Of a stretch of DNA of 32,000 nt, positions 20,624 through 28,467 are shown one piece after another. A model generated the notes under the pieces. The model was not told the DNA's origin. It saw only the letters and a program-made list of their open reading frames with translations, and ran no database searches. Both the position numbers and the translations under genes were made by a program. Origin of the DNA: Nitrosospira multiformis ATCC 25196 (lineage in GTDB: Bacteria > Pseudomonadota > Gammaproteobacteria > Burkholderiales > Nitrosomonadaceae); NCBI RefSeq assembly GCF_000196355.1, contig NC_007614.1, positions 420,001-452,000 of the forward strand, written 5' to 3'. The first letter of the stretch is position 1, and each line of letters starts with the position of its first letter.

Positions 20624-20894
20624 GGGGGGGCGCCGATGGCTGATGGGTTTCGATGTAGGAGACGATATCCCCTACGGTGGTGAATCCCTTTGCTTCCTCG
20701 CTATCGAAATTGATGCCAAACGCATCTTCAGCGTCAAACAGAAGCTGTATCGTATCCATGGAGTCGAGTCCAAGTTCTTCAAATTTTGAAGAGCGGTTGA
20801 TAGTGGAAGCATCGAGATTCTCGACTTTTGTGGCAATGAATTGTATGACCTTTGCTTCAATCTCCGCTGTGTCCATATCTAGTTCTTCCTTCAT
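20619..20894 (-). CDS. Acyl carrier protein (dedicated, non-housekeeping context)
   Basis: 91-aa acidic ORF with the phosphopantetheine-attachment motif LGLDSMDTIQL. The start ATG overlaps the KAS stop (ATGA at 20891-20894). Confidence 0.85.
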   Translation of the reverse strand: MKEELDMDTAEIEAKVIQFIATKVENLDASTINRSSKFEELGLDSMDTIQLLFDAEDAFGINFDSEEAKGFTTVGDIVSYIETHQPSAPPQ

Positions 20895-22111
20895 GCAAGG
20901 GTTGTGAAAAGAATGCTCGCATTGTTGCCACCAAATCCGAAAGCGTTACACAAGCCGGTGCGGACACTTCTTTTCTGCGCAACGTTGGGGGTGTAGTCGA
21001 GGTCACACTCGGGATCGGCCTCATCAAGATTGATGGTCGGATGAATGGTGCCGGTATGAAGCGCCATGATGGTGGCGATACTGCCGATTGCTGCCGATGC
21101 GCCGATGGAATGCCCTACCATCGATTTGGTGGCGCTGATGGCAATGTCAGCAGCACGCGCTCCAAAAAGATTTTTTATTGCCCGCGTTTCGACTGTATCC
21201 CCCAGCGGTGTGGAAGTCGCATGCGCATTGATATGCTCAATGGAATCCAGCTCCATTCCCGCATCACGGATGGCTTCCTGCATGGCAGCGATCTGGCCTT
21301 CCATGTCGGGCATGACAATATGCGTTGCATCACATGCCTGTCCATAGCCGGCAAGCTCGGCATATATTTTTGCTCCCCGCTGGCGGGCCTGCTCTTCCTT
21401 CTCGAGGATCAGTATTCCCGCACCCTCTCCCATGACAAAACCATCGCGGCCTTTTGCGAAAGGACGCGAGGCTCTGGCTGGATTATCGTTGGAAGTGGTG
21501 GTCAGGGCGTGCAATATCTCAAAACCGTTGATGGTGAGCGGCAATACGCATGCTTCAGCACCGCCGGCGACCACAACGTCCGCTCTTCCTGCACGCAGGA
21601 GATCGAGTGCCGCACCGATGGCATTGGCTCCCGAAGAGCAAGCTGTACTGGAGGTCAGGTTCATGCCTTTGAACCCATGCCTGATCGCGATCCAGGCCGC
21701 AGCGGAGTTGGCCATTGTGCGTGGTACGGTGAAAGGCGGGACCGGCTGACTCCGAAACTTGCGCAGCGCGGACGATTCAAAGGTGGAAAAACCACCCATT
21801 CCCGAACCTATGCTCACCCCGATGCGGCGAGATTCATAAGCCTCAAGGCCGCCGGCGTCCTCGAGGGCAAGACGCGCAGCAAGCAGGGCAAGCTGGGTGA
21901 ACCTGTCGGTTTGCTCGATATACTTTTGAGAGAGGAAGGTTGAAGGATCAAAGTCCGTCACTTCTCCTGCAATTTGGGAACGCCTGCTCGATGCATCAAA
22001 GCTGGTTATCCTTTTTATTCCGCTCACACCCTTGACAGCGGCTGACCAGAACTGGTCAACCCCGATACCAATGGGGGAAACAACTCCCATTCCTGTAACG
22101 ACTACACGCAT
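20891..22111 (-). CDS. Beta-ketoacyl-ACP synthase, KAS I/II (FabF-like) family
   Basis: 406-aa ORF with MRVVVTGMGVVSPIG, the active-site Cys in TACSSGANAIG, the two His in NAHATSTPLGD and KSMVGHSIGASAA, and the C-terminal NAFGFGGNNASILF. Confidence 0.9.
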   Translation of the reverse strand: MRVVVTGMGVVSPIGIGVDQFWSAAVKGVSGIKRITSFDASSRRSQIAGEVTDFDPSTFLSQKYIEQTDRFTQLALLAARLALEDAGGLEAYESRRIGVSIGSGMGGFSTFESSALRKFRSQPVPPFTVPRTMANSAAAWIAIRHGFKGMNLTSSTACSSGANAIGAALDLLRAGRADVVVAGGAEACVLPLTINGFEILHALTTTSNDNPARASRPFAKGRDGFVMGEGAGILILEKEEQARQRGAKIYAELAGYGQACDATHIVMPDMEGQIAAMQEAIRDAGMELDSIEHINAHATSTPLGDTVETRAIKNLFGARAADIAISATKSMVGHSIGASAAIGSIATIMALHTGTIHPTINLDEADPECDLDYTPNVAQKRSVRTGLCNAFGFGGNNASILFTTLA

Positions 22112-22297
22112 ACAAAACCGGAAATAATCATGGGAATCTGCTCGACCTCATTATGGGGAGGTATTCAATGCAGCGAACAGGTGAGCGCTCGTTATGTAAT
22201 GGGCAGCCTAAATGAGCAGCGGAGTCCGCCCGGAATCGTTGACCGGCCATTGACTGAAGGCTTCCGGGTCTCACGGTTGCGCAGGACACTCGTATTG

Positions 22298-22552
22298 CTA
22301 TTTTGCGTTGAATATCATTGGGAACAGGTATCTCAATATGCCTCCCATAATCCAGATGACGAGTAATAAACTCGAGATGACCGCTGCCCCTTCGATAAGC
22401 GCTGACACGAGCGTTGCAGCCAAGCTATCGAATTCCTGTTGCCCGGCTTCGTTGCGCCGGCGCTTGCGGCGGTTCCTTACCCATACTTGCAGCCCGATAA
22501 CGACAGGAATAAGGGCGAGAGACACTAGCAGGTTATACTCAGAACTTTCCAT
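22298..22552 (-). CDS. Small two-TM membrane protein with a polybasic loop (hypothetical)
   Basis: 84-aa ORF with two hydrophobic helices flanking RNRRKRRRNE. GGAAGG lies about 10 nt upstream of the ATG. It is on the same strand as, and upstream of, KAS/ACP. I see no recognisable family. Confidence 0.45.
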   Translation of the reverse strand: MESSEYNLLVSLALIPVVIGLQVWVRNRRKRRRNEAGQQEFDSLAATLVSALIEGAAVISSLLLVIWIMGGILRYLFPMIFNAK

Positions 22553-22744
22553 CGATAATCAACCTTCCGCAAATAATCGTTACAGAATCCATTACCAGTC
22601 GCTGTTTTTTCTTTTACTTCATTCGCTATACTGCACCGCTCGTTTCCGGACTGAGTGCGCGAAGATCGCGGGGATAAATGCTGAAGTCCGCCCTCAGTTA
22701 GCAGACCGGCAATTATAATATCACACGTCAACAAGGTGTCATCG

Positions 22745-22760
22745 AGTTAACAAGTTAACA
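22745..22760. repeat. Tandem 8-mer AGTTAACA x2 (each contains the palindrome GTTAAC) in the divergent control region
   Basis: Read directly as gAGTTAACAAGTTAACAta. It lies 25 nt from a palindromic ATTATAAT (22712-22719). It is a candidate operator. Confidence 0.3.
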
Positions 22761-22926
22761 TATCCGCCCGGTATGGACGATTCTGCCGGGATTGGGTAAA
22801 GCAGAAACCGTTTCGATCTTCAACTCATTTTCGGGGCGCAGTCTTTCAAGGTACAAACGTTTCCGGTCTCCGGAGGCAATGCGACCGTGGAATATCCACG
22901 TCCGATCATCACTTGGCCAGTTTTAC

Positions 22927-24081
22927 ATGAAAAAAAAGATTAGCGGCCCGCACTTCCCGGAAGTCATTGTCCGTCCGGTCAGAAGCTATCGGGAAATGGG
23001 AATTTTTATCGATATTCCCTGGAGTATTTACGCTGACGATCCCATGTGGGTGCCTCCTTTACGGCTTGAGCGGCGACTACATTTTTCGAGATTCAATCCC
23101 TTTTTCAAGCACGGAAAATGGCAGGCCTGGATTGCATACAGGGATGATCAGCCGGTGGGAAGGATCAGCGCCCAGATCGATCAACTGCATCGGGAACGCT
23201 ACGGCGGTCATACCGGACATTTCGGTCTGTTCGAATGCATAGATGACAAGGAGGTTTCAGCCGCCCTCTTCCAGATGGCTGAGGCATGGCTGGGGGCGGA
23301 GCAGACGAGACATGTGACAGGCCCCTTCAATTTATCGATCAACCAGGAATGCGGCATATTGGTGGACGGTTTTGATAAGCCGCCAGTAGTGATGATGCCC
23401 CACTCCCGCAGATGGTACGGTCGCCTGCTGGAGGAACAAGGGTATCAACAGGCAAAGGATTTGCTTGCCTATTGGATAGAACTCGATTTCAAGGTGCCGC
23501 GGCTGATGGACGCCTTGATCGGTAAATTTGCGGATCAGGTGCACCTGAGAACTCTGCGCCGCGACAAGTTCAACGAGGAACTGGAAGTCCTGCGTGATAT
23601 ATTCAACGATGCCTGGTCCGAGAATTGGGGTTTCGTTCCTTTTACCCAGGCGGAGTTCGCGGAACTTGGCGCCAGCCTTCGCTTGCTCGTACCCGATGAT
23701 TGTATCCAGATTGCGGAGGTCGACGGGGTGCCCGCTGCGTTCATGGTGGCATTGCCAAACCTCAACGAAATTTTTGCCGAGCTGAACGGACACTTGTTTC
23801 CGTTTGGCTGGACCAGACTGGTCCGGATCAGATCCAGGGGAGGAGTGCGTACCGGTCGCATCCCATTAATGGGAGTACGCAGGCGCTTCCATAATACTCC
23901 GCTCGGTATGGCGCTTGCCTTCATGGTCATCGACGCGCCGAGGGAACTCGGACGAGTCATGGGAGTGAAGGCAATGGAATTATCCTGGATACTCGAGGAC
24001 AACAAACCCATGCGTGCCATTCTGGATAGTTTGGGCTGCAGGGAGTATAAACGTTACCGGATTTACCAGAAGATGCTGTGA
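22927..24081 (+). CDS. GNAT-like (apparently tandem acyl-CoA/acyl-ACP N-acyltransferase fold) protein, substrate unknown
   Basis: A 384-aa product if it starts at the ATG at 22927 (alternatives: ATG 22879, TTG 22792). The C-terminal half has a GNAT motif-A-like stretch (LMGVRRRFHNTPLGMALAFMV). The N-terminal half (QPVGRISAQID...GHFGLFECIDDKEVSAALFQMAEAWL) looks like a second, degenerate GNAT lobe. The family call is from motif resemblance only. Confidence 0.6.
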   Translation: MKKKISGPHFPEVIVRPVRSYREMGIFIDIPWSIYADDPMWVPPLRLERRLHFSRFNPFFKHGKWQAWIAYRDDQPVGRISAQIDQLHRERYGGHTGHFGLFECIDDKEVSAALFQMAEAWLGAEQTRHVTGPFNLSINQECGILVDGFDKPPVVMMPHSRRWYGRLLEEQGYQQAKDLLAYWIELDFKVPRLMDALIGKFADQVHLRTLRRDKFNEELEVLRDIFNDAWSENWGFVPFTQAEFAELGASLRLLVPDDCIQIAEVDGVPAAFMVALPNLNEIFAELNGHLFPFGWTRLVRIRSRGGVRTGRIPLMGVRRRFHNTPLGMALAFMVIDAPRELGRVMGVKAMELSWILEDNKPMRAILDSLGCREYKRYRIYQKML

Positions 24082-24127
24082 ATGCCGGATGGAGCAACTG
24101 AAGAACCGGAATCGGTAAAACGATGCA

Positions 24128-24976
24128 ATGAAAAAGAATGATCTGTTTACCGCCGTGGTGCTGGCAGCGGACCGCACGGCCCGCGATCCCATCTCCTTGG
24201 AAACGGGAGCACCCTGCAAGGCGTTCGCGCGCGTCGGAGGAATACCGATGATCATCCGCGTACTGGATGCGCTGGAAGCCAGCGGCATGGTGAAGAGCAT
24301 CATTTTGTGCGGGCCGCCCAAGTCCTTGCTGCCCGCTTGTCCGGAACTGCAGGAACGTATTCGCAATGGGCGCGTAGTCTGGCTGCCAAATCTCGATTCT
24401 CCCAGCCGCAGCGCTCGCAGCGGCCTCTCCCACGTGAATCAGGAGGCCCCGGTATTATTGACCACAGCCGACCACGCGTTGTTGACACCGGCCATCGTGC
24501 AATATTTTCTTCGCAACTCCCAGGCGTCGGATTGTGATGCTGCTGTCGGGGTCGTCAAATATGAAGATGTGGCAGCTGCATTTCCCGGGGCAAAGCGAAC
24601 GGTAATAAGGTTAAAGGATGCGAATATTTGCGGCTGCAACCTATATGCCTTTCTCAATGATCGCGGCCGCGGCCTCGTATCATTCTGGCAACGTGCGGAA
24701 GATCTGCGCAAGCGCCCGGTACGCTTGATCATGGAGACTTTCGGGTTTGCGACTGTCTTCTATTATCTGCTGGGGTTATTGACGATAGAAAGGGGATTGA
24801 GAGCAGTCAGAAGGAAAACCGGCATCAGGGCCCATCCGGTATTCCTGCCCTATCCTCAGGCGGGGGTCGATGTGGACAAGGTTGCAGATCTGGTACTTGC
24901 GGAATCGGTACTAGCGCGCAAGGCGCCGGCTGCCGGAGGAGGGTCCGATTTGCACGGACCCACTCCTGAAATGTGA
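24128..24976 (+). CDS. MobA-like (NTP_transf_3-type) nucleotidyltransferase family protein
   Basis: The N-terminus FTAVVLAADRTARDP...PCKAFARVGGIPMI resembles the LAGGxSxR...K..l...G.P.l signature. An internal LLTTADHALLTP and a C-terminal GVDVDKVADL are typical of this fold. Confidence 0.65.
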   Translation: MKKNDLFTAVVLAADRTARDPISLETGAPCKAFARVGGIPMIIRVLDALEASGMVKSIILCGPPKSLLPACPELQERIRNGRVVWLPNLDSPSRSARSGLSHVNQEAPVLLTTADHALLTPAIVQYFLRNSQASDCDAAVGVVKYEDVAAAFPGAKRTVIRLKDANICGCNLYAFLNDRGRGLVSFWQRAEDLRKRPVRLIMETFGFATVFYYLLGLLTIERGLRAVRRKTGIRAHPVFLPYPQAGVDVDKVADLVLAESVLARKAPAAGGGSDLHGPTPEM

Positions 24977-25009
24977 GAGGCTTGAATTCCGATCAACGCG
25001 ACAGGCAAC

Positions 25010-26086
25010 GTGAAAATAATAGAACGATATATCACGCGGGAACTGCTGATACCGTTTATGGTAGTCACCGTAATCCTTGCGACATTGTTTGCAAGTTTCA
25101 GTATGGCCCGTTTTCTTGCCGGAGCAGTGACAGATTCGCTTGGCCTTATCCCCGTGCTCAGGCTCGTGTTTCTGAAAACGCTGATCGCACTGGAAGTGCT
25201 GATGCCCATTGCCCTGTACGTGGCTGTCATCATGGGACTGGGTCGCCTGCACCGGGATCAGGAAATAGTCGTTTTGCGTTCCGCTGGGGTCAGCGAACAC
25301 CGCATTATCTATGCGGTGCTCATCGTTGCGATTCCTATGGGGCTTATCAGTGGTTTATTTTCCATTTTTGCGCGTCCATGGGCGTATGAGGAAAGCTACC
25401 TACTCAATGCCCAGGCAGAGGCAGAGTTGAATACGGATCGGTTCCGCGCCGGGCGTTTCTACGGCAGCGAAAAAAAAGGCCGGGTGATTTATGTGCAGGC
25501 CAAGGATAGCTCGGGCAAGCAGATGGGAGAGGTATTCCACTATCTGAACAAGCATGACAGCAGCGAGATCATTCTTGCCAAGAAAGCTCACCAGCCTGAG
25601 CTTGTGTTCGGCCAGCGCCCCCAGATACATCTGCTGGATGGCTCCATTTACCGGCTATCGCACACCGGAAAAGGCGATACCGTCGTCCAGTTTGAAAAGC
25701 TGGTTTATTTCACGGACAGCGGAAACGTAACGGATTACAGGCGCAAGGCTGCCTCTACCGCGGCATTGATGCAATCTGATCAGCCGCGGGATACTGCCGA
25801 GCTTCAGTGGCGGCTGTCGCGCCCGCTGGCAACGATCCTGCTGGCGCTGATAGCGGTGCCCTTCAGCCGCGCTTCACCCCGCCAGACAAAGGGAGATAAG
25901 ACTTATTATCTGGCAGCTCTGGTTTTCGCCATTTACTACATTTTGAGCGGATTGGCCCAGACTTGGGTCGAGCAGGGCACGATCGGGAGGGTGCCGGGTG
26001 TGTGGTGGCTCTATGCTGTCATGCTGCTGTTTGCAATCTCGTTATTATCGCCTGGTTTCTGGCGGAAGTTGCCTTTGCGCAGATGA
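25010..26086 (+). CDS. LptF-like permease (YjgP/YjgQ family), GTG start
   Basis: MKIIERYITRELLIPF has an LptF-type N-terminus. Three TM segments are followed by a roughly 130-aa soluble insert and three more TM segments, and the conserved ELQWRLSRPLATILLALIAVPFS...PRQ block is present. Confidence 0.8.
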   Translation: MKIIERYITRELLIPFMVVTVILATLFASFSMARFLAGAVTDSLGLIPVLRLVFLKTLIALEVLMPIALYVAVIMGLGRLHRDQEIVVLRSAGVSEHRIIYAVLIVAIPMGLISGLFSIFARPWAYEESYLLNAQAEAELNTDRFRAGRFYGSEKKGRVIYVQAKDSSGKQMGEVFHYLNKHDSSEIILAKKAHQPELVFGQRPQIHLLDGSIYRLSHTGKGDTVVQFEKLVYFTDSGNVTDYRRKAASTAALMQSDQPRDTAELQWRLSRPLATILLALIAVPFSRASPRQTKGDKTYYLAALVFAIYYILSGLAQTWVEQGTIGRVPGVWWLYAVMLLFAISLLSPGFWRKLPLRR

Positions 26087-27147
26087 CAATAATTTACCGC
26101 TACCTGGGGCTCCAGGTTTTGATGGGTCTGGGAATCGCTACCGCGGTGCTTCTGCCGCTCTTCGGTTTCCTTGATTTGCTGGATCAGCTCGATGACGTGG
26201 GAAAGGGCACGTACAGCGTCAAGGATGCGTTTCTTTATACGGCTCTACTGCTGCCGCGACGGTTTATTCAACTCGCGCCTTTCATTGCATTGATGGGCAA
26301 TGTAACTGCATTGGGAAGGCTTGCCGTCGGATCGGAACTGACGGCATTACGAGGAGCAGGGGTATCTCCGCTGGGCATCAGTCTCGCGCCGGTTGTCGTT
26401 GGAATAATTCTTTTACTGTTTATTACTGTACTGGATCAGTTCGTGGCGCCGCAATTTCAGCAGAAAGCCATTTCATCCCGCGCAGCCGCGCTCGAGAAGA
26501 GCGCCGCGCTTGGCCAACAATTAGGGATATGGACGCGGGATGAGCGGAATATACTGCGAATCGGAGAAATGCTGCATGCGAGAAGGGCGGCGAACATCGA
26601 AATAATGCATTTTGACGACAATGGCTTCCTGTTACGCTATACGTATGCCAAGTATGCTGATATCATAAACGAGGGGTTGTGGGAGTTAAGGGACGTCGTC
26701 ATCAAGACATTCAACGGCAATGCCATGGAGATCGTAAGCAGAGAATCGGTACCCTGGGAACCCTTCCTGAAGGAGGAGGATATCTCGACGTTGACCAAAT
26801 CGCCGGAAAGTCTCTCACCCGCCGAGTTATTTTTGCATGTGCATTTTCTGCGCGCCACGGGTCAGGAATCGGGCGCTTATGAGCTGGCGTTGTGGCGCAA
26901 GGCGGGTGGTGCCCTGACGACCATCGCGATGCTGTTGCTTTCGATTCCCTTTGTTTTTGGATCGGTGCGGGCAGGGCTCGGCAACCGACTCGTGGTTGCA
27001 TCGATGCTTGGAATCAGCGTCTATCTCTTCGACCAGATCACTGCCAATGCCGGCTTGTTACTGCATTTGAATCCGGCGCTGAGCGCACTTCTTCCAGGAG
27101 GGGTGCTGATCGCCGTAGCTTATTTCTGGTTACGGCGAATTTTTTAA
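26083..27147 (+). CDS. LptG-like permease (YjgP/YjgQ family)
   Basis: Start taken at the ATG at 26083, which overlaps the upstream TGA (ATGA). MTIIYRYLGLQV...LDQLDDVGKGTYSVKDA...SELTALRGAGVS and the C-terminal LWRKAGGALTTIAMLLLSIPFVFGSVRAG...YLFDQI closely resemble the LptG layout. Confidence 0.8.
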   Translation: MTIIYRYLGLQVLMGLGIATAVLLPLFGFLDLLDQLDDVGKGTYSVKDAFLYTALLLPRRFIQLAPFIALMGNVTALGRLAVGSELTALRGAGVSPLGISLAPVVVGIILLLFITVLDQFVAPQFQQKAISSRAAALEKSAALGQQLGIWTRDERNILRIGEMLHARRAANIEIMHFDDNGFLLRYTYAKYADIINEGLWELRDVVIKTFNGNAMEIVSRESVPWEPFLKEEDISTLTKSPESLSPAELFLHVHFLRATGQESGAYELALWRKAGGALTTIAMLLLSIPFVFGSVRAGLGNRLVVASMLGISVYLFDQITANAGLLLHLNPALSALLPGGVLIAVAYFWLRRIF

Positions 27148-27273
27148 CAAACCCCGGATTTGTTCACGATTTTCTTGACCTGAATGCCTGCCGCAATCTC
27201 GCGGAGCACTTGCAAAACCTATCAATTGACAACTCCAGACACAGAGATAAGCAAGCAGCTGGCGGATTCGTCG

Positions 27274-28467
27274 ATGCCTGTTTATATCCACATCATTGGC
27301 GACAGCGAAACCGATATCTGGGGCTTGAGTGGCCGGGAACGCCTGCAGCGCATGTTAAAAGCATTCGCCGGGACGAGGCTGGTTGACAATCCAGCACGGA
27401 TTCCCGCTCCTGCCTCGGCACTGCTTTTACGCGGGGATTATCTTTTTGACGCTATCGTGCTGGACGCGCTGCTCAAAGCAAAAACAGATCTTATGCTCGT
27501 CAGCGATGAGGATAAGCCAGTCGCAGTGCGGATTTCCGGTGAGAACGTGCATCAGGTGCTTGCCGAATTTGCAGGCGAAGGACAAAATCTTTCTTCCTTG
27601 CGGCGTTATGAACTGGGAGAGCTCGGTCTGCCAAATCTACGCCAGAACCTCAAGAAAAGAGATGCCCCTTACGTTTTACCGATCAGCAGGAACAGCCGCT
27701 GCAATCTGGAGTCAGAGCTCTTCAAACGGTCTTACAAAGGGGTGACCGACTTTGTGACAAAGTGGCTTTGGCCAGCGCCTGCATTTCATGCGGTACACTT
27801 CTGCATCCGTATGGGTCTGCGCCCCAACCATATTACACTGCTCAGTCTTTTGTTTGCTGTGCTGGCCGGGGTTGCGTTCTGGTATGGTTTCTATGGGTCG
27901 GGACTGGTGATGGGATGGTTCATGACCTTCCTGGACACCGTCGACGGCAAACTGGCACGGGTAACCGTTACTTCCAGCCGCTTCGGTGACGTGCTCGACC
28001 ACGGCCTGGATATCATTCATCCGCCGCTCTGGTACATTGCCTGGGGGGTGGGGTTGTCCGCCGACTATTCCTTATCCTCGCATCTGCCCCTATTATTCGC
28101 GCTGATTCTTATCGGTTACATCGGCGGACGGCTGTGTGAGGGAGCATTCCAGTTCTGGGTCGCGTCATTCGATATTTTTATCTGGCGTCCACTGGATTCC
28201 TTCAATCGGCTCATTACTGCCCGCCGCAACCCCAATCTTGTTCTGCTGACATTCGGCTGGCTGGCGGGAAGGCCGGATATCGGCCTTTTGTCCGTCGTGA
28301 TCTGGCACTTGCTTTCGACCGGTTTTCTCTTGGTGAGAGTGGCGATGGGATGGGTATCGCGCCGGTCGTGTGGACCCTTGCATTCCTGGTTTGAGGAGAT
28401 CGTTGGGGGACAGGATGAAGGAAAGCTGGCCGTTCGTATTTTTGCACCTTTAAAATCACGTAAATGA
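27274..28467 (+). CDS. CDP-alcohol phosphatidyltransferase family protein with a ~170-aa N-terminal cytoplasmic extension
   Basis: The canonical motif D-x2-D-G-x2-A-R-x8-G-x3-D-x3-D is read as DTVDGKLARVTVTSSRFGDVLDHGLD, and the C-terminal half is multi-TM. I prefer the start ATG at 27274 (MPVYIHIIGD, GGCGGA upstream) over 27184. Confidence 0.85.
   Translation: MPVYIHIIGDSETDIWGLSGRERLQRMLKAFAGTRLVDNPARIPAPASALLLRGDYLFDAIVLDALLKAKTDLMLVSDEDKPVAVRISGENVHQVLAEFAGEGQNLSSLRRYELGELGLPNLRQNLKKRDAPYVLPISRNSRCNLESELFKRSYKGVTDFVTKWLWPAPAFHAVHFCIRMGLRPNHITLLSLLFAVLAGVAFWYGFYGSGLVMGWFMTFLDTVDGKLARVTVTSSRFGDVLDHGLDIIHPPLWYIAWGVGLSADYSLSSHLPLLFALILIGYIGGRLCEGAFQFWVASFDIFIWRPLDSFNRLITARRNPNLVLLTFGWLAGRPDIGLLSVVIWHLLSTGFLLVRVAMGWVSRRSCGPLHSWFEEIVGGQDEGKLAVRIFAPLKSRK

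Noticed and set aside
22308-22718. 136-aa plus-strand ORF overlapping the 84-aa membrane-peptide ORF and the control region.
   Set aside because: It has no SD and no motifs, and the composition looks non-coding. The opposite-strand 84-aa ORF has an SD and a coherent two-TM architecture.
22930-22937. An A8 homopolymer immediately after the ATG of the first operon gene. I considered it a possible slipped-strand phase-variation switch.
   Set aside because: A7-A8 runs also occur in ordinary genes here, for example at 13334-13341, around 25468-25475 and around 20478-20484. The tract is short for phase variation, and the start codon itself is uncertain.
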